Notes under the pieces: generated by a model
Database searches by the model: none
Seen by the model: the letters and a program-made list of their open reading frames with translations, nothing else
Told to the model about the DNA's origin: nothing
From: Christensenellales bacterium
GTDB lineage: Bacteria > Bacillota > Clostridia > Christensenellales > CALWSW01
Direction of reading: 5' to 3'
NCBI GenBank assembly: GCA_050945915.1
Contig: JBMNTV010000002.1
Span: forward strand, 4,599-68,598
Length of the DNA: 64,000 bases
In this document: piece after piece, positions 27,682 to 38,768 of the stretch
How the letters are laid out: the number at the start of each line of letters is the position of its first letter
Numbering within the stretch: position 1 is the first letter of the stretch
Position numbers and translations under genes: made by a program

Positions 27682-29016
27682 TTAGCGGCCTTCCTTGCGG
27701 GTGCGCTTGAGGGCAGCAGCCAAGGCGGCGGCGCAGACCGCGGCCAGGGCGATGCACAGCGCGGCAGGGGTGGTGCCGTCACCGGTGGGGGGGACTTCCT
27801 CCACATCAGTGTCGTCTTCTTCATCGACGGGGATTTCGTCTTCGTCCTCTTCGAGGGGCAGGTCGTCGGTGGGTTCCTCCACGTCTGCCTCGTCATCCTC
27901 CACGTTGTACTCGACGGTGAAGGTGGCCTGATAGGTGGTGGCCTGCTCGAAGTTCTTGTCCTGCAGCTTGTAGTTGTAATTCAGGCTGAAGCCGAAGTCG
28001 GCGAGCATGGTCTCAAATGCAGCCTGCTCGGCGGGGGTGAAGACGGCTGCGCCATTGTCGGCGTAGACATAACCGCTGCCCACAGTGTTCCTGGCGATCA
28101 GGCGGCCCGCCTTGGCAAGGCCGAGGGAAACGCCGTAGCCTTCCGCGTTGGTGACTTCGGTATCCAAGGTGACGATCTCGGTGGCGGTGCCGTCGGCGGC
28201 CACTAGGCTGATGCGGTAACCCACGGTGGAGAGGGACTCAGCCACGCTTGCGGGCCAGATGCTGGTGTTGCTGGCGGCGGGCCAGGTGGCTTCGACCTTA
28301 TCGATCTGATAGGTGCGGCCGTTCTGGACCACGGTCAGGGTGTTGTCCTTGAACTTGAACTCGGTGGGGGAAACCTTCGCGACGATGGCGCCGTTTTCGG
28401 CTGCGCGGTTGATGCCGGTGAAGCCGATCACATAGTTGGCTTCCCTTGCGGTGCCCGCTTCGTCGATGGCGAGGTTGAAGGCTTCGTTGCCGACGTTCAC
28501 GTTGGCCTTGGTGGGGTTGTCGTTGTGGACATTCACCTTGAAGGTCAGGCTGTTGCTGTCCTTGTCATAGACCAGGGCTTCGCTGGCGTTGGCCTTCACG
28601 ATGCCGTTTTCGGTGGAAACCAGGTTGGCATAGGTGGAGTCATGGGGATGGGTGAGGACCACGTCCGTCATCGTGTTCATCGAAAGGTCGACGGTGTCGG
28701 AGGACACGATGATGGTGTACTCATTGCCCACCGCGCTGGTGTGCGCCAGAGTCCTGGCGGGGTTTGCGATGCTGATGGTCAGCGCGAAGTACATCAGTTC
28801 GTTGACGTTGTAATCTTTTTCGGAAGCGTCCACCAGGTTGCTGTAGATGCGCACGCCCTGGGTGGTAACCGTCGCGTCGGTGCACTTGAAGCCGGTGACG
28901 GCAAACGCATCCGTCAGGGTGGTGTTGCCGGTGCCCGGCGAAACCACGAAGGCCAAAGAGGCCATCGAGGCCAGGCAAAGGACGGCTGCAAGCGCGAAGG
29001 AAATCAGCTTTTTCAT
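27682..29016 (-). CDS. Secreted cell-wall-anchored surface protein (sortase-type C-terminal sorting signal)
   Basis: N-terminal signal peptide MKKLISFALAAVLCLASMASLA. Acidic stalk (EDDEADVEEPTDDLPLEEDEDE...). C-terminal VPPTG, then a hydrophobic segment and a KRTRKEGR tail. AAGGAG RBS precedes ATG 29016. Confidence 0.75.
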   Translation of the reverse strand: MKKLISFALAAVLCLASMASLAFVVSPGTGNTTLTDAFAVTGFKCTDATVTTQGVRIYSNLVDASEKDYNVNELMYFALTISIANPARTLAHTSAVGNEYTIIVSSDTVDLSMNTMTDVVLTHPHDSTYANLVSTENGIVKANASEALVYDKDSNSLTFKVNVHNDNPTKANVNVGNEAFNLAIDEAGTAREANYVIGFTGINRAAENGAIVAKVSPTEFKFKDNTLTVVQNGRTYQIDKVEATWPAASNTSIWPASVAESLSTVGYRISLVAADGTATEIVTLDTEVTNAEGYGVSLGLAKAGRLIARNTVGSGYVYADNGAAVFTPAEQAAFETMLADFGFSLNYNYKLQDKNFEQATTYQATFTVEYNVEDDEADVEEPTDDLPLEEDEDEIPVDEEDDTDVEEVPPTGDGTTPAALCIALAAVCAAALAAALKRTRKEGR

Positions 29017-29272
29017 TTGATTGCGCTCTCCTTTGTGTCGAATGTTTTGGGTTGGTTTTGCCGGCTGATGCAATCATAGCCCGGAAAAAGCTGACGGGTC
29101 AAGAAAATTATTGCGTTTTTGTTGCGATATTTCTCGAATTTATGTTTTATACATGGGGTGGTCGTAATAAATTCGTAATTTATTCAAAATCAGTTCATAA
29201 TATATAACCATTTTTTGCCACACGCTTCCCTTCCACAAAAAAAGGCGGCAAAGCCACGTTGCGATGAGGCGA

Positions 29273-30115
29273 TTATGAGGATTGCGCCTGCGCCGCGCGC
29301 ACGACGTTTGCGGTGAGCAGCGCCGCCGTCACCGCACCGACGCCGCCGGGAACCGGCGTGATCGCCTGGACCGCCTCTTTTGCGGCGGCAAAGTCCGCAT
29401 CCCCCGTCATCTTGCCGGAAACAAAATTCATGCCCACGTCGATGATCACCTGATTCGGGGCAAAGCAGTCCGCGCCCACGAGGTTCGCCCGTCCGGCCGC
29501 GGCGATGATGAGTTCCGATTCCCGAAGGATGCTTGGCAGGTCCTTCGTCCTGGAATGGCAAAGGGTCACCGTCGCGTCCCGCTGGCAAAGCAGCAGCGCC
29601 GCCGGCCTTCCCACCACCAGACTCCTGCCCACCACCGCCGCCCGCTTGCCGGCGATGGGGATGCCGTAATGCTCCAAGATGGCGATGCAGGCTTCCGCAG
29701 TGCAGGGGGCGAAGCCGCCGGAGCCTGTCAGAAGGCTTGCCAACGAGCCGTCGGTGATGCCGTCCACATCCTTTTTGGGGGAAAGGGCGTTTCGCGCCGC
29801 TTCGTCCAAATCGCCGGGCAGGGGGCGGAAGATCAGCACGCCGTGAACGGAGGCGTCCTCGTTCAGGGCGCGAATGGCATCCACCAACTCTTTTTTTGAC
29901 ACATCCGCCGCCAGTTCCAAAGCGCGAAAATTCACGCCCATGCTCTGGCACCGCTTGAAAAGGGCGCGCTGATAGGCCATATCCTCCTTCGCTTCGCCCA
30001 CCCGAACCACACAGAGGGTGGGCCTGTGCCCCTCCTTCGCCAGTTCTTCGGCGATGGGTGCATAGCGCTGTGTCAATGCGGCAGCGACGGGCGAGCCGAG
30101 AAGCAATTCTGCCAT
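29273..30115 (-). CDS. folD: Bifunctional methylenetetrahydrofolate dehydrogenase / methenyl-THF cyclohydrolase
   Basis: 280 aa. Contains ...PTLCVVRVGE..., VVGRSLVVGRPAA and PVPGGVGAVT, typical FolD motifs. Confidence 0.93.
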   Translation of the reverse strand: MAELLLGSPVAAALTQRYAPIAEELAKEGHRPTLCVVRVGEAKEDMAYQRALFKRCQSMGVNFRALELAADVSKKELVDAIRALNEDASVHGVLIFRPLPGDLDEAARNALSPKKDVDGITDGSLASLLTGSGGFAPCTAEACIAILEHYGIPIAGKRAAVVGRSLVVGRPAALLLCQRDATVTLCHSRTKDLPSILRESELIIAAAGRANLVGADCFAPNQVIIDVGMNFVSGKMTGDADFAAAKEAVQAITPVPGGVGAVTAALLTANVVRAAQAQSS

Positions 30116-30147
30116 GTTTCACCTAATTCGCGTAAAAATACGCCCTT

Positions 30148-30768
30148 TCAGTCTTTTTTCAGCCTGTTTTGCACGAAACGGAAGGTTTCGTCCGCAAGAT
30201 TCGCGGCAAAAAGCCGTTCTTCCGCCTGCCGGACCAGCTCCTTTGCCTTTTCGCGGTCCTTCATCAGCCCGGCATTGACGTACACATTCAGCGCGGCGGC
30301 GCGGATTGCCCCCGCGCAGATCGCCGCCCCCGCCCCTGCGTCGCTGATCATGATGGGCGAGCAAATCGGAGAGAGGCGGTTCAACAGCTTCGCCCCCTCA
30401 AAAAGGGCTTCCATCATCTGTATCGGCGCTTCGCAGGCGGTGACCAGCGCCGCTTCGATGGCCGATTCCCGGCGCGGGTCTGATTTGTCCATCCCCCAGG
30501 CGGCGGAAAGGGGCGAAAAGCCCGCTTCGTCCTCGTCCACCAGTTCAAGAAGGCGCAGGCGAAGCTCCTCCAGCCTGGCTGAAATCTCAGCGATTTCCTC
30601 TTTGTGTTCCGCGCAGGACTTTTTGCTTTCCGACAAGGCGGAAACCATCCTTCCCAAAGCGCAGGCGAGGCTGCCGCAAAGAGCCGCGGCACCGCCGCCC
30701 CCCGGGGAGGGCGCAGAAGACGCCAGTTTTTCGGAAAAAGCCTCGCAGGTCCAATCGATCTGTCTCAT
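30148..30768 (-). CDS. fchA: Cyclodeaminase/cyclohydrolase-family protein (FTCD C-terminal-like, methenyl-THF cyclohydrolase type)
   Basis: MRQIDWTCEAFSEKLASSAPSPGGGGAAALCGSLACALGRMV matches the family N-terminus. The ATG 30768 start is chosen over the TTG at 30801. Confidence 0.8.
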   Translation of the reverse strand: MRQIDWTCEAFSEKLASSAPSPGGGGAAALCGSLACALGRMVSALSESKKSCAEHKEEIAEISARLEELRLRLLELVDEDEAGFSPLSAAWGMDKSDPRRESAIEAALVTACEAPIQMMEALFEGAKLLNRLSPICSPIMISDAGAGAAICAGAIRAAALNVYVNAGLMKDREKAKELVRQAEERLFAANLADETFRFVQNRLKKD

Positions 30769-30801
30769 TTCCTCCGCCTTTCCATCCGTCGACAAAAGCA
30801 A

Positions 30802-32472
30802 TCAGAACAAGCCGGAAATCACGCCGCGCTCGTCCACGTCGATGCGCTCTGCGGCAGGGGATTTGGGCAGCCCGGGCATGGTCATGATCTGCCCCGTCAG
30901 CACGACGACGAAGCCCGCTCCGGCGCTCACCTTCGCACCCCGCACCGTGATCGAAAACCCCTCCGGCGCGCCGAGAAGCGCGGGGTCGTCCGAAAAGCTG
31001 TACTGGGTCTTTGCCATGCAGACGGGCAGATTCGAATACCCCAGCTTTTCCAAGCGTTCTAACTGGGCTTTTGCCGCGGCGGTAAACGCCACCCCCGCGC
31101 CGCCGTATACCCGCTGCACCACGGTCTCAATCTTTTCAAAAAGGCTTCTGTTTAGATCGTAGCAGAAGGAGAAGTCCCCGCCCCCCGCTTCGCAAAGGGC
31201 GATCACCGCCTTTGCCAGCTCAATCCCGCCTTCGCCGCCCTTTGCCCACACTTCCGAAAGGGCGACGGGAAGATTGCGTTTTTTGCATTCATCTTCGATG
31301 AGGGCAAGCTCCTCTTCCGAATCCGTGGGAAAGCGGTTGATGGCCACCACGCAGGGCAGTCCAAACACTTCTTTGATGTTCTTTGCATGCTGGAACAGGT
31401 TGGGAAGCCCCGCCTGCAAGGTTTTGACATCCGGCGTGGACAGCGCGTCCTTCTTGGCGCCGCCGTGGTGTTTCAGGGCGCGCACCGTCGCCACCAGCAC
31501 CACCGCATCCGGAGTCAGCCCTGATTTTCGGCACTTGATGTCAAAAAACTTTTCCGCCCCCAGGTCCGCGCCGAATCCCGCCTCTGTTACCGCGTATTCC
31601 CCCAGGGCGACGGCGGCTTTGGTGGCGATGACGGAGTTGCATCCGTGGGCGATATTCGCAAAAGGCCCGCCGTGCACCAGGGCCGGCGTATGCTCTAAGG
31701 TCTGCACCAGATTGGGCTTCAAAGCGTCCTTCAAAAGAGCCGCCATCGCCCCCTGGGCCTTCAAATTCCCGGCGGTGACCGGCTCGTCCTGATACGTGTA
31801 CCCCACCACCATGCGGGCCAGGCGCTCCTTCAAGTCGGTGATGGATTCCGAAAGGCACAAGACCGCCATGACCTCCGAGGCGACGGTGATGTCGTACCCG
31901 TCCTCCCGGGGGACGCCGTTCGCCTTGCCGCCCAGCCCGTTGACCACGAAGCGGAGCTGGCGGTCGTTCATGTCCACGCAGCGGCGCCAGGTGATCCTGC
32001 GGGGGTCGATGTTCAGACTGTTTCCCTGATGGATATGATTGTCCAACATGGCGGCGAGGAGGTTGTTCGCCGCGCCGATGGCGTGAAAATCCCCGGTAAA
32101 GTGCAGGTTGATGTCCTCCATGGGAACGACCTGGGCGTATCCGCCGCCGGCGGCCCCTCCTTTGACGCCGAAAACCGGGCCCAGGGAAGGTTCCCGCAGG
32201 GCCACGATGGCGTTTTTACCCAGCTTTTGCAACGCGTCCGCCAGGCCGACGGTGGTCGTCGTTTTCCCCTCCCCCGCGGGGGTGGGGTTGATGGCCGTCA
32301 CCAGCACCAGCTTCGCCTTTTGTTTGCCTTTTTGGTCCAGAACGGATAAATCCAGCTTTGCCTTGTATCGTCCGTAGGGCTCGATGGACGACGGATCGAT
32401 TCCCGCTTTTTGGGCGATTTGCTCGATGGGCAGCATCTGGGTTTCCTGGGCGATTTGGATGTCTGGCTTCAT
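30802..32472 (-). CDS. fhs: Formate--tetrahydrofolate ligase
   Basis: Contains [10 protein letters not shown]...[19 protein letters not shown]... (FTHFS P-loop) and is about 556 aa. GGAGGG RBS precedes ATG 32472. Confidence 0.95.
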   Translation of the reverse strand: MKPDIQIAQETQMLPIEQIAQKAGIDPSSIEPYGRYKAKLDLSVLDQKGKQKAKLVLVTAINPTPAGEGKTTTTVGLADALQKLGKNAIVALREPSLGPVFGVKGGAAGGGYAQVVPMEDINLHFTGDFHAIGAANNLLAAMLDNHIHQGNSLNIDPRRITWRRCVDMNDRQLRFVVNGLGGKANGVPREDGYDITVASEVMAVLCLSESITDLKERLARMVVGYTYQDEPVTAGNLKAQGAMAALLKDALKPNLVQTLEHTPALVHGGPFANIAHGCNSVIATKAAVALGEYAVTEAGFGADLGAEKFFDIKCRKSGLTPDAVVLVATVRALKHHGGAKKDALSTPDVKTLQAGLPNLFQHAKNIKEVFGLPCVVAINRFPTDSEEELALIEDECKKRNLPVALSEVWAKGGEGGIELAKAVIALCEAGGGDFSFCYDLNRSLFEKIETVVQRVYGGAGVAFTAAAKAQLERLEKLGYSNLPVCMAKTQYSFSDDPALLGAPEGFSITVRGAKVSAGAGFVVVLTGQIMTMPGLPKSPAAERIDVDERGVISGLF

Positions 32473-32706
32473 TGATTCCCTCCGCAAGAGCCGGACGGTT
32501 TTCTTGTTCCGGCTTCCATATTTGGATAATATACCACAAATAGCCTCATAATAAAAGAATCACAACCGCTGCGGCAGGGGCTTGCGCCAAGTTTTGGCCA
32601 AGGCCGCGGCCGCTGTTTCGGTTTGCAAAGAAGGCCGAACCGCACATCTCGACAAAGCTTCCTTTGATGATATAATGGTTTTAATGCTAAAACCTGGGGG
32701 TGCAAG

Positions 32707-34425
32707 ATGGATTACCGCAGGCGCTACGACGCATGGATCAACGACAAAGCCCTGGACGACGCGACAAGGCAGGAGCTGTTGGGCATTCAGGACGAAAAGG
32801 AGCTGACCGACCGCTTCTTTAAGGACCTTGAGTTCGGCACCGCCGGGTTGCGGGGGATCATGGGGGCGGGCAGCAACCGCATGAACGTCTATACCGTAGG
32901 CCGGGCTGCCCAGGGCCTGGCGAATTACTTAAAGACCCTGCCCAACGCAGAAGAAGCCGGGGTGGCGATTGCCTTTGATTCCCGCCACCGCTCCGATGAG
33001 TTTGCCCTGCGCTCCGCCCTCATCCTGGCGGCGAACGGGATTAAAACCTATCTTTTCCCGGGGATCAGGGCGGTACCCCAGCTTTCCTTCGCGGTGGGGC
33101 ATCTCGGCTGCGCGGCGGGCATCGTCATCACCGCCAGCCACAACCCGAAGGAATACAGCGGCTTCAAGGTGTATGGCGCAAACGGCGCCCAGATCAACCC
33201 CCAAACCGCAAAAAAGATCACCGAGCAGATCAACTCCGTCGCGGATTTTTCCGCCATCCGCCTGATGGAGGAGGATGCCGCCAGAGAAGCGGGCCTGCTG
33301 GTCACCATCGGCAAAGAGGTGGACGAGGCGTACTTCGACTATACCATGGGCCTTGCTTTGGACCCTTCTGTCCTTTCCGCCGCCAAGGACCTTTCCATCG
33401 TGTATACCCCGCTTTTTGGCGCGGGGGCGGAGCCTGTTTCCCGGGTGCTGACCGCCGCGGGGGTCAGGCATCTGTTCGTCGTACCGGAGCAGAGCGCGCC
33501 CAACGGCGATTTCCCCGGCCTCCCCGCCCCCAATCCGGAGGTTGCCGAGGCTTTTTCCGAAGCGGAAAAACACGCCCGTAACCTCGGGGCGGATTTGATC
33601 CTCGCCACCGACCCGGACGCCGACCGGCTGGGCGTCGCCGTGCGCAAGGGGGACGAATTCGTCATCCTGACGGGCAACCAGATCGGCTGTCTGGTGCTGC
33701 ATTACCGGCTGATGAAGCTGAAAGAGCAGGGAAAACTGCCCAAGGACGGCTTCGTTGTCAAATCCATCGTTTCCACCAATTTTGCCAACGCCATAGCCCA
33801 AAGCTTCGGCGTCCGGCTAGAGGAGGTGCTCACCGGATTCCGTTTCATCGGCGAAATGATCGACGAATCGGAGCGGACGAAAACAGGCTCCTTTCTGTTC
33901 GGCTTTGAAGAAAGCTACGGCTTCCTGGCCGGCACCAAAGTGCGGGACAAGGACGCCATCTGCGCGGCGCTGATGACCGCCGAAACCGCGGCGTACTACT
34001 CCCTGCGCGGCATGACGCTGCTGGACGGCTTGCATGAACTGTTTGAGCAATACGGCTGCTACTGCGAAACCATCAAGTCCTACACCCTGCATGGCGCCGA
34101 GGGCATGGCAAAAATCGCCGCCGCCATGGAGGATTTGCGCAACAACCCGCCCCAAAAGGTGTTCGACCGCCGGGTGGCCGCCCTTCGCGACTATTCCGAA
34201 GGTTTCCGGGAAGAAGGCGGCAAAAAAACGCCCCTGAACCTGCCCAAATCCAACGTGCTTTATTACGAGCTGGGCGGCGGGGACTGGCTGTGCGTGCGCC
34301 CCTCTGGCACCGAGCCCAAGCTGAAGGTTTATGCCGGCGCCAGCGAGGGATGCGCCGAGGGCGCAAAAAAGCGGGTGGAGGCATACGCCTCCGCCGCTGG
34401 GGAGCTTTTGGGCATGGACCGCTGA
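32707..34425 (+). CDS. Phosphoglucomutase/phosphomannomutase-family phospho-sugar mutase
   Basis: 572 aa. Has the catalytic-serine loop TASHNPKEYSGFKVY and the metal-binding DPDADRLG. Confidence 0.9.
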   Translation: MDYRRRYDAWINDKALDDATRQELLGIQDEKELTDRFFKDLEFGTAGLRGIMGAGSNRMNVYTVGRAAQGLANYLKTLPNAEEAGVAIAFDSRHRSDEFALRSALILAANGIKTYLFPGIRAVPQLSFAVGHLGCAAGIVITASHNPKEYSGFKVYGANGAQINPQTAKKITEQINSVADFSAIRLMEEDAAREAGLLVTIGKEVDEAYFDYTMGLALDPSVLSAAKDLSIVYTPLFGAGAEPVSRVLTAAGVRHLFVVPEQSAPNGDFPGLPAPNPEVAEAFSEAEKHARNLGADLILATDPDADRLGVAVRKGDEFVILTGNQIGCLVLHYRLMKLKEQGKLPKDGFVVKSIVSTNFANAIAQSFGVRLEEVLTGFRFIGEMIDESERTKTGSFLFGFEESYGFLAGTKVRDKDAICAALMTAETAAYYSLRGMTLLDGLHELFEQYGCYCETIKSYTLHGAEGMAKIAAAMEDLRNNPPQKVFDRRVAALRDYSEGFREEGGKKTPLNLPKSNVLYYELGGGDWLCVRPSGTEPKLKVYAGASEGCAEGAKKRVEAYASAAGELLGMDR

Positions 34426-34446
34426 AGAACCATTGCACATTCTGCT

Positions 34447-34486
34447 CCGCCTGCCGGCAAGTCTCCGGCGGGCGGGTTCTTTTTGG
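34447..34486 (+). terminator. Rho-independent terminator after the phospho-sugar mutase
   Basis: ccgcctgccgg / caagtct / ccggcgggcgg stem with one G-U pair, followed by gttcttttt. Confidence 0.75.
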
Positions 34487-34625
34487 AATTTTGTCGTTTT
34501 TGGGAAACGCATTTGGAAACACCGTCCGAAAAGCCCTTTTCTTTCCCCGTTTTCTGCGTGGCGGCGGGCTTTTGTTTGTGGTAAAATCATGCGTAAAGTT
34601 TTTTTGAAAGCTCTGTGGAGGGAAT

Positions 34626-35480
34626 ATGTACATCGCGGATGGCTGGAAGGATTACGAACTGATCGATTGCGGCTCGGGGGACAAGTTCGAGCGCTGGGGG
34701 AAATACACCCTGCTGCGGCCGGACCCTTTGGCCATCTGGCCGTTAGAGCCCTGCTCGCCCCACGCGGTGTACCACCGCTCCAGTTCCGGCGGCGGCCATT
34801 GGGAATACCTGCGCCCCCTGCCGGAAAAATGGGAGATCCATTATAAAAACCTCACCTTCATCGTGCGGCCCACCGGCTTCAAGCACACCGGGCTGTTTCC
34901 GGAGCAGGCCGTCAACTGGGACTGGATGACCAGCCTCATCGAGAAGGCGGCGAAGCGCCCGATCTCGGTTTTGAACCTGTTTGCCTATACCGGCGGCGCC
35001 ACCGTCGCCTGCCTCAAGGCCGGGGCGCAGGTGCTGCACCTGGACGCCGCCAAAGGCATGGTGGCCTGGGCGAAGGACAATGCCGCCGCCTCCGGCGTGG
35101 CTTCCGCTCCGGTGCGCTACATCGTGGACGACGCGATGAAATTCGTCCTGCGGGAAGCCCGGCGGGGACGGAGATACGACGCGGTGATCATGGACCCCCC
35201 GAGTTACGGCCGGGGCCCCACCGGTGAAATGTGGAAGATCGAGGAAGGTCTGTTTCCGCTGGTGACGGCCTGCGCGAACATCCTGTCCGATGACCCGCTG
35301 TTTTTCCTGATCAGCAGCTACACCACGGGGTTGGCCCCCATCGTGCTGAAAAATGTGCTGAACCTCGCCCTGGTTTCCCGCTACGGCGGGAAAGCGGAAG
35401 CCGGCGAAGTCGCCCTGCCCTGCACGAGAAGGCGGATCTTTCTGCCCTGCGGCGCGTCGGGGCGCTGGACGGCGAAATAA
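34626..35480 (+). CDS. Class I SAM-dependent methyltransferase (RlmI/Methyltrans_SAM-like)
   Basis: 284 aa. VLNLFAYTGGATVA (SAM motif I-like) and AVIMDPPSYGRG (motif IV DPP) are typical of RlmI/YwbD-type methyltransferases. Confidence 0.7.
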   Translation: MYIADGWKDYELIDCGSGDKFERWGKYTLLRPDPLAIWPLEPCSPHAVYHRSSSGGGHWEYLRPLPEKWEIHYKNLTFIVRPTGFKHTGLFPEQAVNWDWMTSLIEKAAKRPISVLNLFAYTGGATVACLKAGAQVLHLDAAKGMVAWAKDNAAASGVASAPVRYIVDDAMKFVLREARRGRRYDAVIMDPPSYGRGPTGEMWKIEEGLFPLVTACANILSDDPLFFLISSYTTGLAPIVLKNVLNLALVSRYGGKAEAGEVALPCTRRRIFLPCGASGRWTAK

Positions 35481-35487
35481 CCGCTGT

Positions 35488-36123
35488 TCAGGACTGGCGG
35501 GAGCGCGCCGGCGCGTCCTGCTGCGCCTTGCCCAGCCCCAGGATTTCCTTGGCGGTGACCTGCACGATGCGAAAATCCACCAAAAAGCACATATTCCGCA
35601 CATACCAAAGGTCCCGGGCCAGCCGTTCCTCCGGTCTGCCCTCCCGGTCTTCCACCTGGGCAAACCCCGTCAGGCCGGGGCGGACATTCAGCCGTTCCAG
35701 GGCGATTTTCGGCATGCTGTTCATCTCCGAAAGCACCAAAGGCCTGGGCCCCACGAAGGACATTTCCCCTTTGAGCACGTTGATGAGCTGGGGAAGCTCG
35801 TCCAAGGACAGCTTGCGCAAAATCCTGCCCACCCTGGTGATCCTCGGGTCGTCCTCCCGGTTGGCGAAGATCTCCCCCGGCTCCTTCAAAAGGTGGGCCA
35901 AGGGTTCTGCCCCCACGTGCATGGTGCGCAGTTTGTAAACTTTGATCAGCCTGTGGTCTTTGCCCACCCGCCACTGGGAAAACAGCGCGCCCCCCGGCGA
36001 ATCCAGCCGGATGATCAGCGCCATCAGGGGGAAAAAGGGCAGCGTTACGACGAGTAAAACGAGGGCGAGCAGCACGTCCAGCCCCCGCTTGATATGGGGA
36101 TACACACTTTTTTTTGACTGCAT
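35488..36123 (-). CDS. Bacterial sugar transferase (small phosphoglycosyl transferase, WbaP/PglC-like)
   Basis: 211 aa. [20 protein letters not shown]..., [26 protein letters not shown] and RPGLTG are hallmark motifs. AAGGAG RBS precedes ATG 36123. The rest of track ORF 35488-37062 was rejected. Confidence 0.9.
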   Translation of the reverse strand: MQSKKSVYPHIKRGLDVLLALVLLVVTLPFFPLMALIIRLDSPGGALFSQWRVGKDHRLIKVYKLRTMHVGAEPLAHLLKEPGEIFANREDDPRITRVGRILRKLSLDELPQLINVLKGEMSFVGPRPLVLSEMNSMPKIALERLNVRPGLTGFAQVEDREGRPEERLARDLWYVRNMCFLVDFRIVQVTAKEILGLGKAQQDAPARSRQS

Positions 36124-36180
36124 CGAAGGACTCCTTGCGGTCAACTCATTCCAATTAGTTTTTTCCGAAAGGACATAAAT

Positions 36181-38067
36181 ATGCACACGTTTGACGCCGG
36201 CACATTTGACGCCGTGGTGGTCGGCGCGGGCCACGCGGGTTGCGAAGCCGCCCTTGCCCTGGCAAGGATGGGGCACCGCACCCTCTGCCTGACCATGAAT
36301 CTGGATTCCGTGGCGCTGATGGCCTGCAACCCCGCCATCGGCGGCTCCAGCAAGGGCCACCTCGTGCGGGAAATCGACGCGCTGGGCGGCGAGATGGGCC
36401 TTGCCGCGGACGAGACTTTGATACAACTGAAACTCCTGAATACCGGCAAGGGCCCCGCCATCCACAGCCTGCGCGCCCAGATGGACAAGCGGCGCTACCA
36501 CGAGCGCATGAAGCGCACCCTGGAGCGGACGGAAAATCTGTTCCTCCGCCAGGGCGAATGCGTAAAAATTCTGGTGGAGGACGGAAAGGCGACAGGCGTG
36601 GTCACCGCCACCGGGGCGGTTTACCGCGCTCGTGTGGTGATCCTCGCCACCGGGGTTTACCTCAAAAGCAGGATCATCATCGGGGAAGCCTCGTTTAACC
36701 AAGGCCCCAGCGGGCTGCAGAGCGCAAATCTGCTTTCCCAAAGTTTGGAAGAATTGGGCTTTCCTCTTCGCCGATTCAAAACCGGGACCCCCGCCCGGGT
36801 GAACCTCCGTTCCTTGGACCTTGAAAAGACCGTACCCCAGTACGGTGACCCCAAGGCCCCGCCCTTTTCCTTCCTGACGAAAGAAAGGAAAGATGCCGAT
36901 CACCCCTGCTATCTGACGTATACCAACGAAACAACCCACGAGCTGATCCGGTCGAATCTGCACCGGGCGCCGATGTACAGCGGCACCATCAAGGGCACAG
37001 GGGCGCGGTATTGCCCCTCGATTGAGGACAAGGTCGTCCGCTTTGCCAACAAGGACCGGCACCAGATCTTCCTGGAGCCGGAGGGGCTGACGACGGACGA
37101 AGTGTACCTCCAGGGCTTGTCCACCTCCATGCCGGAGGATTTGCAGGTGCGGATCATCCGCACCGTCGCCGGGTTGGAACGGGCAGAGGTGATGCGGCCG
37201 GCCTATGCCATCGAGTACGACTGCATCGACCCCACCCAGCTCAACCTCTCCCTGGGCGCGAAAACCATCAAGGGCCTGTATTTCGCCGGCCAGATCAACG
37301 GCACCAGCGGATACGAAGAAGCCGCCGCCCAGGGCATCGTGGCGGGGATCAACGCCTCTTTGTGGCTGCGGGGAAAAGACCCGCTCATCCTGCGCAGGGA
37401 CGACAGCTACATCGGCGTGCTCATCGACGATCTGGTCACCAAGGGCACCAACGAGCCCTACCGCATGATGACCAGCCGCGCCGAATACCGCCTGCTTTTG
37501 CGGCAGGACAATGCGGATCTGCGCCTGACGGAACTGGGTTACGCTGCAGGGCTGGCCACCAGGGAGCGCTACGAAACCATGCGGACCAAAAAGCAGGAGC
37601 TTGAGGAAGAGCTCGCCCGAATGAAGGCGACAAAGGTCCTAAAGTCCGAGTTTTTGCGCATGCTGGAGGAGCGCAATGAGCATTCTCCTAAAAAGATCCC
37701 CACGCTGTTTGACCTTTTGAAGCGGGAGGGGTTCAGCCTTGCGGACGTTTCCCGCTGCGACCCGGACCCCCGCCCCATTTCCCCCGCCGTGGCGGAGCAG
37801 CTGGCGATTGAGGCGAAGTACGAAGGGTACATTGCCAAACAGCGGGACGAGGTGGAGCGCTTCAAAAAGCTGGAGGATCGCCGGATCCCGAAAGATCTGG
37901 ATTATGCGAATCTTTCCGGCCTGCGACTGGAAGCCCGGCAGAAGCTGGACAAGCAGCGGCCGGAAAACATCGGCCAAGCGTCCCGCATTTCCGGCGTTTC
38001 GCCGGCGGACGTGGCGGTGCTGCTCATCGCCGTGGAAAAATACCAACGAGAAAAAGGAGCGCGCTGA
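36181..38067 (+). CDS. mnmG: tRNA uridine-5-carboxymethylaminomethyl modification enzyme MnmG (GidA)
   Basis: 628 aa. Has [18 protein letters not shown] (FAD fold) and is GidA-like over its full length ([11 protein letters not shown]-type segment [11 protein letters not shown]). Confidence 0.96.
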   Translation: MHTFDAGTFDAVVVGAGHAGCEAALALARMGHRTLCLTMNLDSVALMACNPAIGGSSKGHLVREIDALGGEMGLAADETLIQLKLLNTGKGPAIHSLRAQMDKRRYHERMKRTLERTENLFLRQGECVKILVEDGKATGVVTATGAVYRARVVILATGVYLKSRIIIGEASFNQGPSGLQSANLLSQSLEELGFPLRRFKTGTPARVNLRSLDLEKTVPQYGDPKAPPFSFLTKERKDADHPCYLTYTNETTHELIRSNLHRAPMYSGTIKGTGARYCPSIEDKVVRFANKDRHQIFLEPEGLTTDEVYLQGLSTSMPEDLQVRIIRTVAGLERAEVMRPAYAIEYDCIDPTQLNLSLGAKTIKGLYFAGQINGTSGYEEAAAQGIVAGINASLWLRGKDPLILRRDDSYIGVLIDDLVTKGTNEPYRMMTSRAEYRLLLRQDNADLRLTELGYAAGLATRERYETMRTKKQELEEELARMKATKVLKSEFLRMLEERNEHSPKKIPTLFDLLKREGFSLADVSRCDPDPRPISPAVAEQLAIEAKYEGYIAKQRDEVERFKKLEDRRIPKDLDYANLSGLRLEARQKLDKQRPENIGQASRISGVSPADVAVLLIAVEKYQREKGAR

Positions 38068-38768
38068 TGGACAACGGCATTCTGCTTTCCGCTTTTTCCG
38101 CAGTCTCCTTTACCCCCAGCCCGGAACAGGTGGAACAATTCCAAACCTATCATGCCCTGCTTGCCGAATGGAACCAGCGGATCAACCTGACCGCCGTCAT
38201 CGACGACGAAGGTGTGGCGCAAAAGCACTTTGCGGATTCCCTGCTCGTCCTGCCTTTTTTGAAGGGGGAAGAACGGGTTTTGGACCTGGGCACCGGTGCC
38301 GGATTCCCCGGCGTGCCGCTTTTGATCGCCCGGCCGGGACTCAAACTCACCTTGATGGATTCGGTGAAGAAAAAGCTGGATTTTTTGGCGCATCTGCTGC
38401 CAGAACTCGGCCTGACAGCCGAACTCCTCCATGCCCGGGCAGAGGATGCGGCAAAAAAGACCGAATACCGGGACGGGTTCGACCTCGTCCTTTCCCGGGC
38501 GGTGGCGCCGATGAACGTGCTGGCGGAGCTCGCCCTGCCCTTTGTGCAGCCCGGGGGGAAGGCGGTGTGCTTCAAGGGCCCCGCGCTTTCTGATGAGCTG
38601 GCGGTTGCCCGGCGCGCTTTGCGTGAGCTTTGCGCAAAAGTGGCAGAAGTGCGGGAGTTCTCCCTTCCCTGGGGGGAACGCAAGCTGGCCGTACTCCAAA
38701 AAACCGCGCCCACGCCCAAAAAATACCCCCGCCAGGCGGGAAAAGCGTCCAGGAACCCCCTATGCTGA
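38067..38768 (+). CDS. rsmG: 16S rRNA (guanine527-N7)-methyltransferase RsmG (GidB)
   Basis: 233 aa with VLDLGTGAGFPGVPL. The start overlaps the mnmG stop (TGATG), the canonical mnmG-rsmG pairing. Confidence 0.9.
   Translation: MDNGILLSAFSAVSFTPSPEQVEQFQTYHALLAEWNQRINLTAVIDDEGVAQKHFADSLLVLPFLKGEERVLDLGTGAGFPGVPLLIARPGLKLTLMDSVKKKLDFLAHLLPELGLTAELLHARAEDAAKKTEYRDGFDLVLSRAVAPMNVLAELALPFVQPGGKAVCFKGPALSDELAVARRALRELCAKVAEVREFSLPWGERKLAVLQKTAPTPKKYPRQAGKASRNPLC

Noticed and set aside
30769-30801. Longer start (TTG 30801) for the cyclodeaminase-family gene, abutting the fhs stop.
   Set aside because: Family N-termini begin close to the MRQIDW... position, and the ATG at 30768 has upstream purine-rich sequence. 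The longer form remains possible.
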